Both the position numbers and the translations under genes were made by a program. Of a stretch of 64,000 bases of DNA, positions 1-11,640 are shown one piece after another. This DNA comes from Octopus sinensis (lineage: Eukaryota): contig NC_043006.1 of NCBI RefSeq assembly GCF_006345805.1, positions 36,394,001 to 36,458,000 of the forward strand. Reading direction: 5' to 3'. Each line of letters begins with the position of its first letter. The stretch's first letter is position 1. The notes below the pieces were generated by a model that was given only the letters and a program-made list of their open reading frames with translations, did no database searches and had not been told where the DNA came from.

Positions 1-820
1 TTACCATCTTAGTTGTCAGCATTGACATCATCATCGATATCTCCATTGTCACAATTTTTTCTTCACCACTATCACTACCATGAATAATCATGAATGTCAT
101 AACCTTATAATTATTACCAATACCAATACCATTGACATTATCAATAATATAGATCTCTATATTGGCATATAGTTACTAATTTGTAAGAGACATGTATGCA
201 TTGTCAATTGGATTGATTATAATGTATGATCGATATTTATTGTATTGATCTTAAAACTCTTTAAGAATAAAAGATGAAGCTCAATCTGACCAAATTTGAA
301 CTCAGAATGCCAGTCTTAGAAGATTTTTCAATATTTAGTTCCATCCTTTTATGTTCTAACATTTTTGACTCCACCACCCATAATATTTGTAATAGTTACA
401 ATTTCATGTGCTCCTAGATAGGAAAAGAGAAAGTTAACATACTGATGCTTCATGCAAACAAGAGAGAGTTCTTTTGTGGGCTATCTAGAAAAAGTACTAA
501 CCAGTGTATGGGACTGTATTTTGTCTGTTGAACAAGGTAAATTGTATGATACTCTCTGCTTACTTTTTGAGATAGAGAAAAGAGACATGGTGAAGTGGTA
601 AGATCTATACCCACCCATATATTTGTACCATGCTCGTGACATTAATGCTTGGCATGTAATCACCTTTGTGGCTCTATATGGGTAGCTTGTGAAAACCAAA
701 GCAACAAACATGTAGTTGGGATGGGTCAATATAGACTTGCAAGTCCTCATGACTGCACAAACTGTAAGAACATTCCACAATGTCCAGTCATGGGCATGGA
801 AATACAACTAGTGATATTGA

Positions 821-1015
821 CGAAGCAGTTGTTATACTTGTGGCAGCAAGAGCCACTGGAAGGATTTCTGCCTTGAGGAGTTAAACGAAAAAGATGAACA
901 ACAACAGCAGGATGGAGTTTCCATTGCAACAACACTGCTGGCTGAAGTCTTGGAATTAGCAGAGGAGATTCACTGTCCCTCTGAGATCAAGCCCACATGT
1001 AATAGAATCACTTAG
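821..1015 (+). mobile_element. Decayed retrotransposon Gag fragment with a CCHC zinc knuckle
   Basis: Frame 821-1015 reads RSSCYTCGSKSHWKDFCLEELNEKDEQQQQDGVSIATTLLAEVLELAEEIHCPSEIKPTCNRIT*. CYTCGSKSHWKDFC (830-871) is an exact CX2CX4HX4C motif. In-frame stops lie immediately upstream. Confidence 0.55.
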
Positions 1016-1399
1016 TTCTAATGCTGTAGTTATAACTGTGATGTAATAATGACTAAGGGGGCAGGTGGCACTGGAGTATAGGTAATGCACAAAGAACACA
1101 TTGTTGATAAAAGCAATACAAAGACATTTCAATTGAATGAAACAAGCATATCCAGAAGATATAGGTTATTACCTACCACCCTACTCTAAAAGTATTAACT
1201 GGTACTTTTGGGTGCATGAATCAGCAGGGCAAGCAATGGTAGGTTGGCAGGGGTCTGAGGTGCTCTAACCTGACCTAAGTAGTAATTTCTGTGTAATTAA
1301 TTTTTATATATTTCTTTAAGCTTATTCTCATTTTCATCCCTTCCCTCATCTTTGTATAACTTTTTTTTTTGTCCAATGCAACATTTCTTTCTAAGCTCC

Positions 1400-1617
1400 C
1401 TGTGAGCCGGCAGAATTGTTAGTGTGCTGGAAAAATGCTTAGTGACATTTTGTCTACCTTTACATTCTGAGTCCAAGTTCCACTGATGTTGACTTTGCAT
1501 TTCATCTTTTCAGAGTCAGTGAATTAAATACCAGTCAAGTACTGGGGTTGATGTAATTTACTAGTCCCCACCCCCAAAATTTCAGGTATTGTACCTATTG
1601 TGGAAAGGCTTATTATT
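1400..1617 (+). mobile_element. tRNA-derived SINE, family A
   Basis: Head GGCAGAATTGTTAG...TTCTGAGTCCAAGTTC (A/B-box-like), central GACTTTGCATTTCATCTTTT...TACCAG block and (TTA)n tail. Many homologous copies occur in the window. Confidence 0.8.
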
Positions 1618-1641
1618 AAACGTTACTGCATCAATAAAAGG

Positions 1642-1810
1642 TTTAGCAGCATTTCGTTCATCTTGAGTTCAAATTCTGCCAAGGTCAGCTTTGCCTTTCA
1701 TCTTTTGAAGTTGATAAAATATGTACCAGTTGAACAACTGGGGTTGATGTAATCAACTTACCCCAACCCCAAAATTGCTGGCCTTGTACCAAAATTTGAA
1801 ATCATTATTA
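1642..1810 (+). mobile_element. tRNA-derived SINE, family A (5'-truncated copy)
   Basis: GAGTTCAAATTCTGCC...GCCTTTCATC...GTACCAG...GGCCTTGTACCAAAATTTGAAATCATTATTA. Confidence 0.75.
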
Positions 1811-1817
1811 GAGAGAA

Positions 1818-2132
1818 GGAATTGGAGAGGGCATTTGTTCCTGGGGTTACAGGTAAATCTCGGACAGTGGGGTTCCTCGATTATCCCTAGAGGCCTTCCT
1901 GTGTCAAGAGGGCCACATCTCTATCATCCTCCCCGCCACTTTTTTTTTTTAAAAACCTTTGTATACTATGCATATGTCCCTTTTTTTTTTCAGTGTATAC
2001 TGTATATACTTTCTTTCACCTTTTTTTTAAATCATTTCCTTGTATGAAAATCCCCACACTTTATGCCCATCTAGGTATTCTTCCCCAGATCCTTCGCCCT
2101 TGTGGCAAATAAATGAAATTATTATTATTATT
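1818..2132 (+). mobile_element. Probable 3' end of a non-LTR retrotransposon
   Basis: A GC-richer segment is followed by a T-rich UTR-like tract ending in AATAAATGAA(ATT)n. The clade cannot be assigned by eye. Confidence 0.4.
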
Positions 2133-2366
2133 AAGGTGGCAAGCTGGTAGAATTGTTAGCACGCTGTGCAAAATGCTTAATGACATTTCGTCTGTGTTTA
2201 CGTTCTGAGTTCAAATTCCATTGAGGTTAACTTTGCCTTTCATCCTTTTGGGGTCGATGAATTAAGTACCAGTGAAATGGGGGGGGGGGATGTAATTGAC
2301 TAATCCCCTCCTCCAAAATTTCAGGCCTTGTGCCTATAATAAAAAGGGTTGTTGTTGTTGTTGTTG
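2133..2366 (+). mobile_element. tRNA-derived SINE, family A (near full length)
   Basis: AAGGTGGCAAGCTGGTAGAATTGTTAGC...GTTCTGAGTTCAAATTCC...GCCTTTCATCCTTTTGGGGTCGATGAATTAAGTACCAG, then a (GTT)n tail. Confidence 0.85.
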
Positions 2367-2490
2367 CATCTCATGACTACCATAAGCAACTTTGTGTAGT
2401 AATAAATATGACATCTTTGTGAGTGTGAGATAAGAAACATGGTTGTATATGACACACTATTTGCAGGCTGCTGTATGACCAGTTTATCAC

Positions 2491-2506
2491 GGTTGCTATG
2501 GAAACC
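2491..2506. promoter_or_regulatory. RFX X-box motif
   Basis: GGTTGCTATGGAAACC is a near-palindromic match to the RFX X-box (GTTGCYATGGMAAC type), in non-repetitive, locally CpG-containing sequence. Confidence 0.5.
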
Positions 2507-2581
2507 TAATGAATGATGTACAATGAATTTTGCCAACTCAAACGGAACCTACGACAGTTTGCAATCGACTTGATTGCACTG

Positions 2582-2595
2582 GTTGCTGTGACAAT
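2582..2595. promoter_or_regulatory. Second, weaker X-box-like motif
   Basis: GTTGCTGTGACAAT, about 90 bp downstream of the first X-box. Confidence 0.3.
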
Positions 2596-3780
2596 AGCAT
2601 TTTGAAATCAATAGTGATAATAGTAATGGTGAGTGAAAGGTTGAGGGGAAAGGGAGTATGTGACAAGAAGAATGCTAGGGAATTTTCTATATATATATAT
2701 CTGTGTGTTTATCTACAGATGTGTGTGAAAATGTATGATTAAGCATGTATACATATGTATAAGTGCAGGTATATGAATGTATATGTGTGTGTGTGTGTGT
2801 GTGTATTCACATGCATATGTAATATCCATATTTTGCTGTATATCTGTCTATGCATACATTTACATGTATATGTAAATGTATGCACATATATGTGCATATT
2901 TATGTTGTGTGCATATGTATAGGTGTATGTAATTTCAGTTAAGCCTTGTTGCTTTTTGGTAAGGAATTCTTCTTGCCAATATATTGACCAGAATATAATA
3001 TCAGTGTACACGCAGTGAACTATACCAAAATCTATAGATCAATTTCATCTTTCTATGGTTTCATTCGATCATCTGTATCTCTTCTCCTTCTCTCTCCTTT
3101 CATTCCTTTGTTCTTCTCTCTCTCTCTCACTATACACACACATGCCATACAGTACCATCATCTTTTTAACATCAATTTTTCTATACTTGCATGGGTTATA
3201 CAGAATTTGTCGAGACTGATTTTCTATGGCTAGATGCCCTGCCTGTTAGCAACACACAACTGTTTGTAAGGAAGGTAATATTTTTCCATAGCTAGACATG
3301 TTTTTCTAAGAAAACCAAAAATAAACAACTCGCTTGTGTGACAATGATGCTTATTAACAACCATCATATGATGACTAGACAAGGACAGTCACACACACAC
3401 ATACACACATTTGACAAGCTTCTTTCAGTTTATGTCTACCAAATCCTCTCACAAGGTATCACAAACCTATTTCTTCTGCCTCTTTCTATTATTCATTCTA
3501 TAACAAGACTTTTTCTGGAACACCATTCAGATGAGTATTTCATATTTTTAGTGTGCATGACATTTTACTGTGAATATAAAAATTCAGGTCCTGTGAATAA
3601 AGATGAATTCTGAAGTTTTGTGCTGGGTCTTTCTTATAAATTTATATTCCCTGTTTTTAATCCTAGTTACCTGGATTATGAAATTCCACTTTTATTAAAA
3701 AATTTTCTGTTTAAATTTGAATGATATATTTTAAAACTTTTTTTAAAGTAAGATATAGTTGTTGTTGCAATCATACTCCT

Positions 3781-3948
3781 AAAATCAGGAAATTGATTAT
3801 CTGTGAAGTGCAAGATGTAGATGTGTTCAAAGAACATTTAGACAAAGTTTTATCCAAGATACCAGATGAACCTTCATCATGGCAAGAAACACAAAGAAGG
3901 GGGTCTCTGTCCAACTCACTACTTCACAGGACTGGTTCTGGAGCCTGA
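3781..3948 (+). mobile_element. CR1/L2-group LINE ORF2 C-terminal remnant
   Basis: VDVFKEHLDKVLSKIPDEPSSWQETQRRGSLSNSLLH matches the FKxxLDxxLxxIPDEP...SNSL C-terminus typical of invertebrate CR1/L2-group elements. Confidence 0.65.
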
Positions 3949-4605
3949 GCCAGAAAATGAGTCTAAAATAAACCACCATTGATACTAATAGTAGTGCCTC
4001 TGCATGGCCACAGCCTCTGGCCAAATCCAATGAAGGAATATATAATTAAAAGAAAATGCTCTGAACCCAGTACTAAGCAGTAATCACCAAAGATTTCATT
4101 AAAAAGACAAAAAGGAGAAAAAACTACTTTAAATGCACATGATTCGATTTAAATCAGAATTTCAGATTGTCATCAAATTGAGTTAGCTTCATTAGATTTG
4201 CTTCAGAGTTACAAAAAGAAAACATGGCTATCATTCAATAAACATGCTTGAACTGTTGCATATTACGTGCACCCTTAAGCTGAATTAAGTACATTGGTAC
4301 GAGATATTTGCTTGAAATCTCTGGTGAGTAATACTTCTCATTGGTTTTGTATATATATATATATATATTTTCTTTTTCGTTCTGCAAAATATAAGTATTT
4401 CTGCTGGCCTAAATGACTGTGCAACTTTTGTTGTATAACTGTGGTTTTCAGCTTCAGAGGCAGAGAGAAATAAGGCAGATAAGAAATTGAAGAGGGGGGA
4501 GAAACTTCCCTCAAGGGGAGAATATCACTGAGAGAGAGAGAGATTTTTTTTTTATATACTTATTTTATCATGTGAGTAGATATTTCTATATAATTCATTC
4601 TGTTT

Positions 4606-4615
4606 TATATATATA

Positions 4616-4660
<45 letters not shown>

Positions 4661-4709
4661 GGTCCCGGGTTGATTCGGGGTTAACCACAGTATATATATA
4701 TATAAATAA

Positions 4710-4768
<59 letters not shown>

Positions 4769-4776
4769 ATATATAT
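4606..4776. repeat. (TA)n microsatellite interrupted by a 33-bp GC-rich insert
   Basis: Direct inspection; the insert is at 4658-4690. Confidence 0.95.
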
Positions 4777-5436
4777 TGGTTGTCCTAGTAGCTGCAAGTA
4801 GGCGCATAAGCATTTGTTTTGGATAGAAACTCCATGATTTTTATAATTTGTTAAACAAAAATTCTCTCTCTCTCTCTATCTCTCACACACACACATATCT
4901 ATAAAATGGGATTGTGGGGCTTGGATATTGTGGGACAGGTATAATCTTGCTTCAGCAGAAAACGTGAATGTATTCATAAATCTATTTTATATAGCTGTGT
5001 GTGTGTGTGGGTGTGATGAATCCTCCCTTAGTTTTGACAATGAACATTCAGTTGTTTGGTCGGTTAAACTAACTGCTATTTAAATTTACATGTAAGGGAC
5101 TGAGTATTGCCCTCAAGGTTATGGTTGGAAATACTTAAAATAATACTCATGATTTATTAACCACTCAACCATACCTGTGACCATGAATGTATACATATAT
5201 GTGTATGTGTATGTAAATATATATTTATACTTTTATACTCTAAGCATATATTTATACTTTTATACTCTACTATGCTCGAATAGCGCTTTTTGCATGCCAC
5301 CAGCATAGGAGCCAGTCAGGCAACACTCGCATCAACCATGATTGAATAGTGCTTTTTGTGTGCCTGCTATACCAGGTTTGAACTGGGACTACTAAACAGC
5401 AATAAAAATTGGCCAACCTCTATGATCATCTATGAT

Positions 5437-5660
5437 CATCATTGGGTTAACATTCATTTCTTTATATTTGCATGGGTCAGATGGAATATGTTGAGGTAGT
5501 TTTTCTACAGCTGGGTGCACTTTCTGTTGCCAACCCTCACCTATTTCCAAGCAAGATGATATTTTTCCATAGCTTGGCATATTTTTCACAGATGGGAAAT
5601 GGACAGACTCACTTGTTGATGCTGATTTACAGCTATCACTTAATGTCTAGACAAGGACAT
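5437..5660 (+). mobile_element. Short interspersed repeat, family D
   Basis: CATGGGTCAGATGG...CTACAGCTGG...GCCAACCCTCACCTATTTCCAAGCAAG. Homologues occur near 3.2, 25.1, 40.4, 44.4, 54.8, 56.7, 59.9 and 60.5 kb. Confidence 0.75.
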
Positions 5661-5684
5661 ACACACGCACATGCACACAATGGA

Positions 5685-5840
5685 TTTCTTTCAGGTTTTG
5701 ACTATCAAATCCATTCACAAGATCTTGGTCAGCCCAGTGCTATAATAGAAGACACTTGCCCAAGGTGCCATGCAGTGGGACTGAATCCAAGACTACATGG
5801 TTGGGAAATAGCCTTCTTAACCACACAACCACACCTGCAA
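5685..5840 (-). mobile_element. tRNA-derived SINE, family B (head only)
   Basis: Reverse complement of the GTGTGGTTAAGAAG...TTCAGTCCCACTGCATGGCACCTTGGGCAAGTGTCTTCTATTATAGC head. Confidence 0.8.
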
Positions 5841-7943
5841 CTATGGCCCGAAAAAGAATTAAAAACTCCTGACCCCTTCAAATCACACTACTGTCTCACA
5901 AAAAAAGGCAGAACATATTCTTTAATGTACTTCTAGATATACTATGTCCCTAAAAAGGTGTGATGGTTATTACTGAACATTTCACTCATAAGTCTGCTCA
6001 TACATAGATCTGACATGTGACTTAGTAAAATCAGTAACATCACCACCACTAATGTATATAGCTTTTTTTTTTTTTTATAAGTTAAGGACTTTTTGGGAAG
6101 AAATTCAATATTTATCAATTATTGATATGTAACATGTATAAATTGAATGTGGTGTGTGTGTTGTAAACTTCTTGTATACATTTGAATGCATGATTATATG
6201 AATGTAGAAAAGCATAATTGTGTGTGTGTGTGTGTGTGTGTAAAAAGAAAAAAAGAAAGTGAAATCAAATAGATAATTCTGTATTAGTGTAGATATCGGA
6301 AACTGATATGTGTGTTTGTGTGTACAATCACACATGCATATATGTGGGTGTGTGCGTATAACTGCAAATATATTTAGACAGTCACAAACACAGGCACATT
6401 TACTAAATGTATACATATACATTTACAGAGAAGTACTTATACACATGCACACACAGTATACAGCCATATTTGCAGATGTACACTCAAACATATTCGCACA
6501 CACAGACACACACACACATGCAGATTTGCTATGCCACATAATTACACAAATGTATATAGATACATATTCATGTATAGAAATATGTACACACATGTATACA
6601 TTTATGCACTCATTCACTCATTCACATACACACACATATACAGATTAAATTATGCCCCCACATTTGCATATGTCTAAAATGTATATACTCTCTTTCTAAA
6701 GTACACACAGATATTGTGTGTTTAAGATACGTCTGGTCTCAGAATGTTAGGCAAATTAAATTAAATTCAAAGTAAGATTAATATCTTGAATAAAATCACT
6801 GTTGAATATTTGCAAATTATTTTATTTTCCATAATGAAATTACATTGAAGTTGATGCAGAAAAATGTAGTTTCAGATTGAAACACAGATAAAACTAAAGG
6901 CTGGCAGCAGCACTGAGCTATGTAAGAACTGAAGTACATGAGTGATTCTACCTGTTGTTTTTTAACACATCTTTTTCTATTCATCAACTGTGGTTAAGCA
7001 TGATATAATCTAAGACATTCCAGTTGTGACCATCTTGTCTTTTTTAAAGGATATCTAGAAGATCACAAATTTTAATATATCCCTTTTTATTTTTTATAAG
7101 ATGGTAGTGTGTAATTGAAGCAGATTTATCTGTTATTTTTTGCAGTTGAGTGACTGCATAGAGGTTCTATTGATGGCTTACAATGACTCTAGCAGAAAAT
7201 AGAAATGAAAGATAACCCATCAAATTGTCGTTAATGCTTGGCGTGTCTGTACAGGAATCATTATTGAGTTTCTACATTCTTGCTTGACCTCCTTGAAATA
7301 GCCCACAAATCTTCACAATATATCTTACTGCCTTAAATGGAAGGACACTTTGAGTAAGTTAGAGACACTATATCTCTCCCCTCCTTAAGAAAAGACAAGA
7401 TAACTACTATTGGAATACATTTGCTCATACAACCACTTGATGAGCCTAACTTGGGATTAAATAACTTCAACTGCAGCAACATACAACACTTTGGAATAAG
7501 CTTGTACATGGCTGTTTGACCCATGAGAAATAATAGCCAAGTTTGTGTTATCACACATTATATCTTTAAAAAGGAAAAGATAGATCAAGCCTTATACACA
7601 TTCTTCATATCTTCAATAGAAATACAGGAAGGAAGATCACTAAGGGAAAATGATGAGTAAATAAAGAAGAGAAATCTGAATTAGAAAGATGTATAGTTCA
7701 GATGAGCTGGGTATCTACACACTCATCTAAATGTATCATCTGATGTTTGTAGAATGAACGATACTGGAAAATACCCCAAAGTGAAGATGCTGTTTGAAGG
7801 TATATAAAGCATTATCAAGGTTGAAATCTAAGAAAGGTTCCATATTTTTCAAGCTTTGAGAAAACCTTCAGCTATTCTGATGTACTTTATGTCAGTTTGG
7901 AAGATGGATCTTGCTGAATGGTTTTTATCGTAGTTATTTGAGA

Positions 7944-8119
7944 TTATATGTACAAGTTGACTCCAAAAGAAAATGGATCATGCAATGGAAAGTACACAAG
8001 CTTCAGAGACTCTTGGAATGCAGATTGAACACTTGAGAGACAAACACTGTGTTGTGTATTGAAGTAGTGTATGCATGAATGGCTTTGAATGTGTGTTGAC
8101 AATTGTAAATGAATTCTAT
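7944..8119 (-). CDS. Candidate terminal exon of an unidentified minus-strand gene
   Basis: Pyrimidine tract ...CTTGTTTCCAAACAAG| then a phase-1 open frame DRIHLQLSTHIQSHSCIHYFNTQHSVCLSSVQSAFQESLKLVYFPLHDPFSFGVNLYI*. No homology recognised. Confidence 0.25.
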
Positions 8120-8269
8120 CTTGTTTGGAAACAAGTGACAGTAAAAGGAAGAAAATGTAGCTATAGAACATTTGCTTCAATGAATTTTATCTAAAGCATG
8201 CAACCATATTTGGGTATGTGGTTGTAAAAACAGTGATAATGATATATCACCATCTTCACTTAACATCCA

Positions 8270-8520
8270 TAAGGCATCTGTGCCAGTGACACATGAAAGG
8301 CACCTGTGCTGGTGACACATAAAAGACGCCTATGCTGGTGATATGTAAAATGCACCCACTACACTCTTAGAGTGGTTGGCATTAGGAAGGGCATCCAAGT
8401 GTAGAAACCATGCCAAATCAGACTGAAATTTGGTACAGCTCTCTGGCTTACCAATTCCAATCAAACTGTTTAATCCATGCCAGCATAGAAAGCAGATGCT
8501 AAATGATGATGATGATGATG
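8270..8520 (-). mobile_element. Interspersed repeat, family C, with about 26-bp internal subrepeats
   Basis: (CAT)n head, CTGGATGCCCTTCCTAATGCCAACC core and repeated TTTTAYRTGYCACCRGCAC-type units on the minus strand. Confidence 0.75.
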
Positions 8521-8717
8521 AATCCAGGTAAGCTAATATGGAGAGAATGATGCAAATAAGCAAATAAATATGCTTGGGTTTGATATATAAAATATACATA
8601 CATATACACATGTAAATACATATAGAGATATATATAAAGATGCCAATCTCTCCACCCTGAAGAATGAGGTTGGATTTACGATACTGTTTATATGCATCCA
8701 CTACTGGTGGCATACAC

Positions 8718-8855
8718 CTGACTTTTTGTATGTTCCATCTGCCAACATTACAACTATTACATAATTCTGTACTCCCCAAAACAGTTGTCGGGCCTGAAAT
8801 ATCATGCCCTCTCCTTTTAGTTTTCTGTATCTTTTGCACTCCATGTAAATCTTCT
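8718..8855 (-). CDS. Candidate internal exon (138 nt, phase 1-1), or a transposase remnant
   Basis: Acceptor ATATTTTACAG| and donor CAG|GTGTAT. The frame KIYMECKRYRKLKGEGMIFQARQLFWGVQNYVIVVMLADGTYKKS is open. A second frame is also open and weakly piggyBac-like. Confidence 0.3.
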
Positions 8856-9555
8856 CTGTAAAATATATCAATGTCTTTATGCTTGCACATGAACGTTCAT
8901 CTGATGAATATTTTCAGTTTGTTTACACACACACACATCCCTATATATATATATTTGTATGTATATATATATGCTTATTTTATGTACGAAGCCCAAGTAT
9001 GTTTATTTGCATATATATATATGCACATACACACACCTATAAATATATACATACATGTACCTATATGTAACTATATGTATGCTCTTTCATTTTACCTCTT
9101 GTCATTCCAAATTTTTGTAGTCATTCATTCATACATTTATTTTGCATTCACTTTCTTCATGCTTTATTGCATTGTTAAAGAATTCGTAACATATATAAAT
9201 TATTATTATTGCTTTCTCTATAGTTGCTCTTGTTACCATTGTTCTTTTCTCTTTACTAGAATTTTTGCTTTTGATATTTCCTATCACATTAGGACATTTT
9301 TTCTGTATCTAATCTCCTGAAAAATCTCTTACTCTCTCTTACTTTTCTCCCCTTCTCCTCTTTGTCTCCCTTTTTGTTTCCTTCTTCTCTGCCTGCCTCC
9401 TTTTCTCCTCCCCACTCTCTCTCACTCAGAAACTTTTTGCCTCTGTTCATCAGGTCCTCCTTCTCCTCCTCCTTCCCTTTCCTTTATCCCTACCTTAGAG
9501 TTTCCCATTATTTGTCTCTGTCAGTATATCTCTCTGTCTGGATAGATTATCTCTC

Positions 9556-9616
<61 letters not shown>

Positions 9617-10899
9617 TGCAGTCTACTTAGCTCTATGTCTCTCTGTCTGCTTGCTTTCTTTTTTTATACCTTTACTAGATATCTACTTGTCTATATATCT
9701 TTGTCTCTTCACATCAGTATCTCTATTCATCTTTGTCTATCCATCAATATCTATCCAATTTTCTCCGTCCGTTTGTGTCTATCCATCCCTATAGGTACAT
9801 CTTTGTACATTTATCTGTCTATTCATCCATCTATGTTCTTTCTATCTCAATGTGTCTGTTTATCCTGTTCTTGGCTGTGTGTGTGTGTGTGTGTCTTTGT
9901 ATGTATCTTTATCCATCTTGGTTTTACGTGTCTCTGTGCTTGTCCATGTTTCTGTCTATCTTACGTGTGTTATATTCATTTGTCTATTCTTAATTGTCTT
10001 TATCCTTTGTGTATCTATCCTTCTTTGTCTAGCCATCTTTATATCTCTCACTCTACCCAAGTATGTCTATTTCCCCATGCATGTTTGTTCATATGTATCT
10101 AGCCACGTGTGTGTATCTACCCACATGTGTCTATCTTCATGCAGCCATCTGTCCATGTCTATCTGCCCATTTTTGTCTATTCATGTGTATCCATCTATGT
10201 CTATCTGTAATTGTCTGTATCTATGCCTGTGTATCTACACATATGTTTATCTTTTATCTATCTATCTGTCTGAGTCTGTACCTGTTTAACAATCTCTTTG
10301 TCCATCTTGCTAACTATCTCTATCACTGTGCACATCTCTTTTCACTGTATCGTCCCTCTCTCTTCACATATTTCCAATACTCAATAAGAAGAGTTTCTGA
10401 TCTCGTTCGACAATGCAATTATTGATTACAACATTGCATGGCATTGTGCTTTTAGCTCACTGAATTAATTTTCATGCATTCTCATCATCATTTTACCGTT
10501 ATTGTTATTGTTATTATTATTATTGTTTTCTACCATATATATTCTAACAAGTTCAAATTTATAGTGTTTGCCAACTGTGACAAACACAGAATGATAATAA
10601 ATTAAAATATTGATGTTCTTGTGTGAGTGTGTGTGTGTTTATGTGCGCGTGAGTGTGTTTATGTGTGCGAATGTGTTTATGTATGTATGAGTGTGTTTTT
10701 GTGTGTGAGTGTGTTTCTGTATGTTTGATGTATTGGCTTTCCATTTCACTTCTTGTCTGATGATCATTGACGTGTGTGTGTATGTGTGTGTGTGTGTGTG
10801 AGGAATTGTTTCACAGTTGATGGCTATGTCTTCAATATATGCGTCAAGCATGAATGCATGCATACACGCACGCACACACACATACACACACGCACATAC

Positions 10900-10995
10900 C
10901 TGTATGTCCTTGTAATTCCCCTTCATAAGCATAAGGAAAACTTTCAGCAATGCTGTATTTTGGTTGTTTTCCATCATTGTTAACAGATAAACACA
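10900..10995 (-). CDS. Candidate internal exon (96 nt)
   Basis: Acceptor after a CT-rich tract ...CACACAG| and a strong donor CAG|GTATGT. The phase-1 frame CLSVNNDGKQPKYSIAESFPYAYEGELQGHT is open; the phase-0 frame is open too. Confidence 0.35.
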
Positions 10996-11640
10996 CTGTG
11001 TGTGTGTGAAAGAGAACAGGAAAGAGAGAGTGAGAGAGCAAAGGTTGGTGTTGTATTATAGCTTCAATGTATGTCAATGTCACCAGTCGTGAATGGAAGA
11101 AGCAGGCCTTGAAATTCTACTGGTGAACACTTTCATTCATAGATGTGTAACATGATTGACCAATGAAATTGAAGCTAGAGTGTAATATGAGGCAGGACAT
11201 GTTATAATAGAGTAACAATAATAACGGGAGATTTAGTAATTGTATGTTATTGATAGCTTCAGTAGTTGTGGTGGTGACTGTGGTGGTAGTACTTCTGGTG
11301 CTTATTATTCTATAGCACTAGTCAGCTCTGTTTTATTGATTTATTTTGACCAGACAGAAGACTGCTTTTTCCAGAGAAGTGTCACAGAAATATGAATTGA
11401 CCCAATACACTGTTGCTGTTGTTATTATTTAGCTTCAGGTCAGCCTTAATCTACTAAGCCTATTATCAAATCAGTTCCATCCATGACCACCACCCCCTTT
11501 TTTTTTTAGATATAGAACTACATTAGCTTGGATTACAATATCTAATGTCTCCTATTTTTAAGGGTGTGATTTTAGGAAGATCTGGCTGCTATTTTTTAAC
11601 AAGTAACTATGTAGAGGCTTCCCTCTTGACTCATTGGTAT

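Noticed and set aside
9362-10425. 246-aa, 145-aa and 120-aa ORFs that look membrane-like
   Set aside because: They derive from CT-rich, (TA)n and decayed (TATC/TGTC)n low-complexity sequence.
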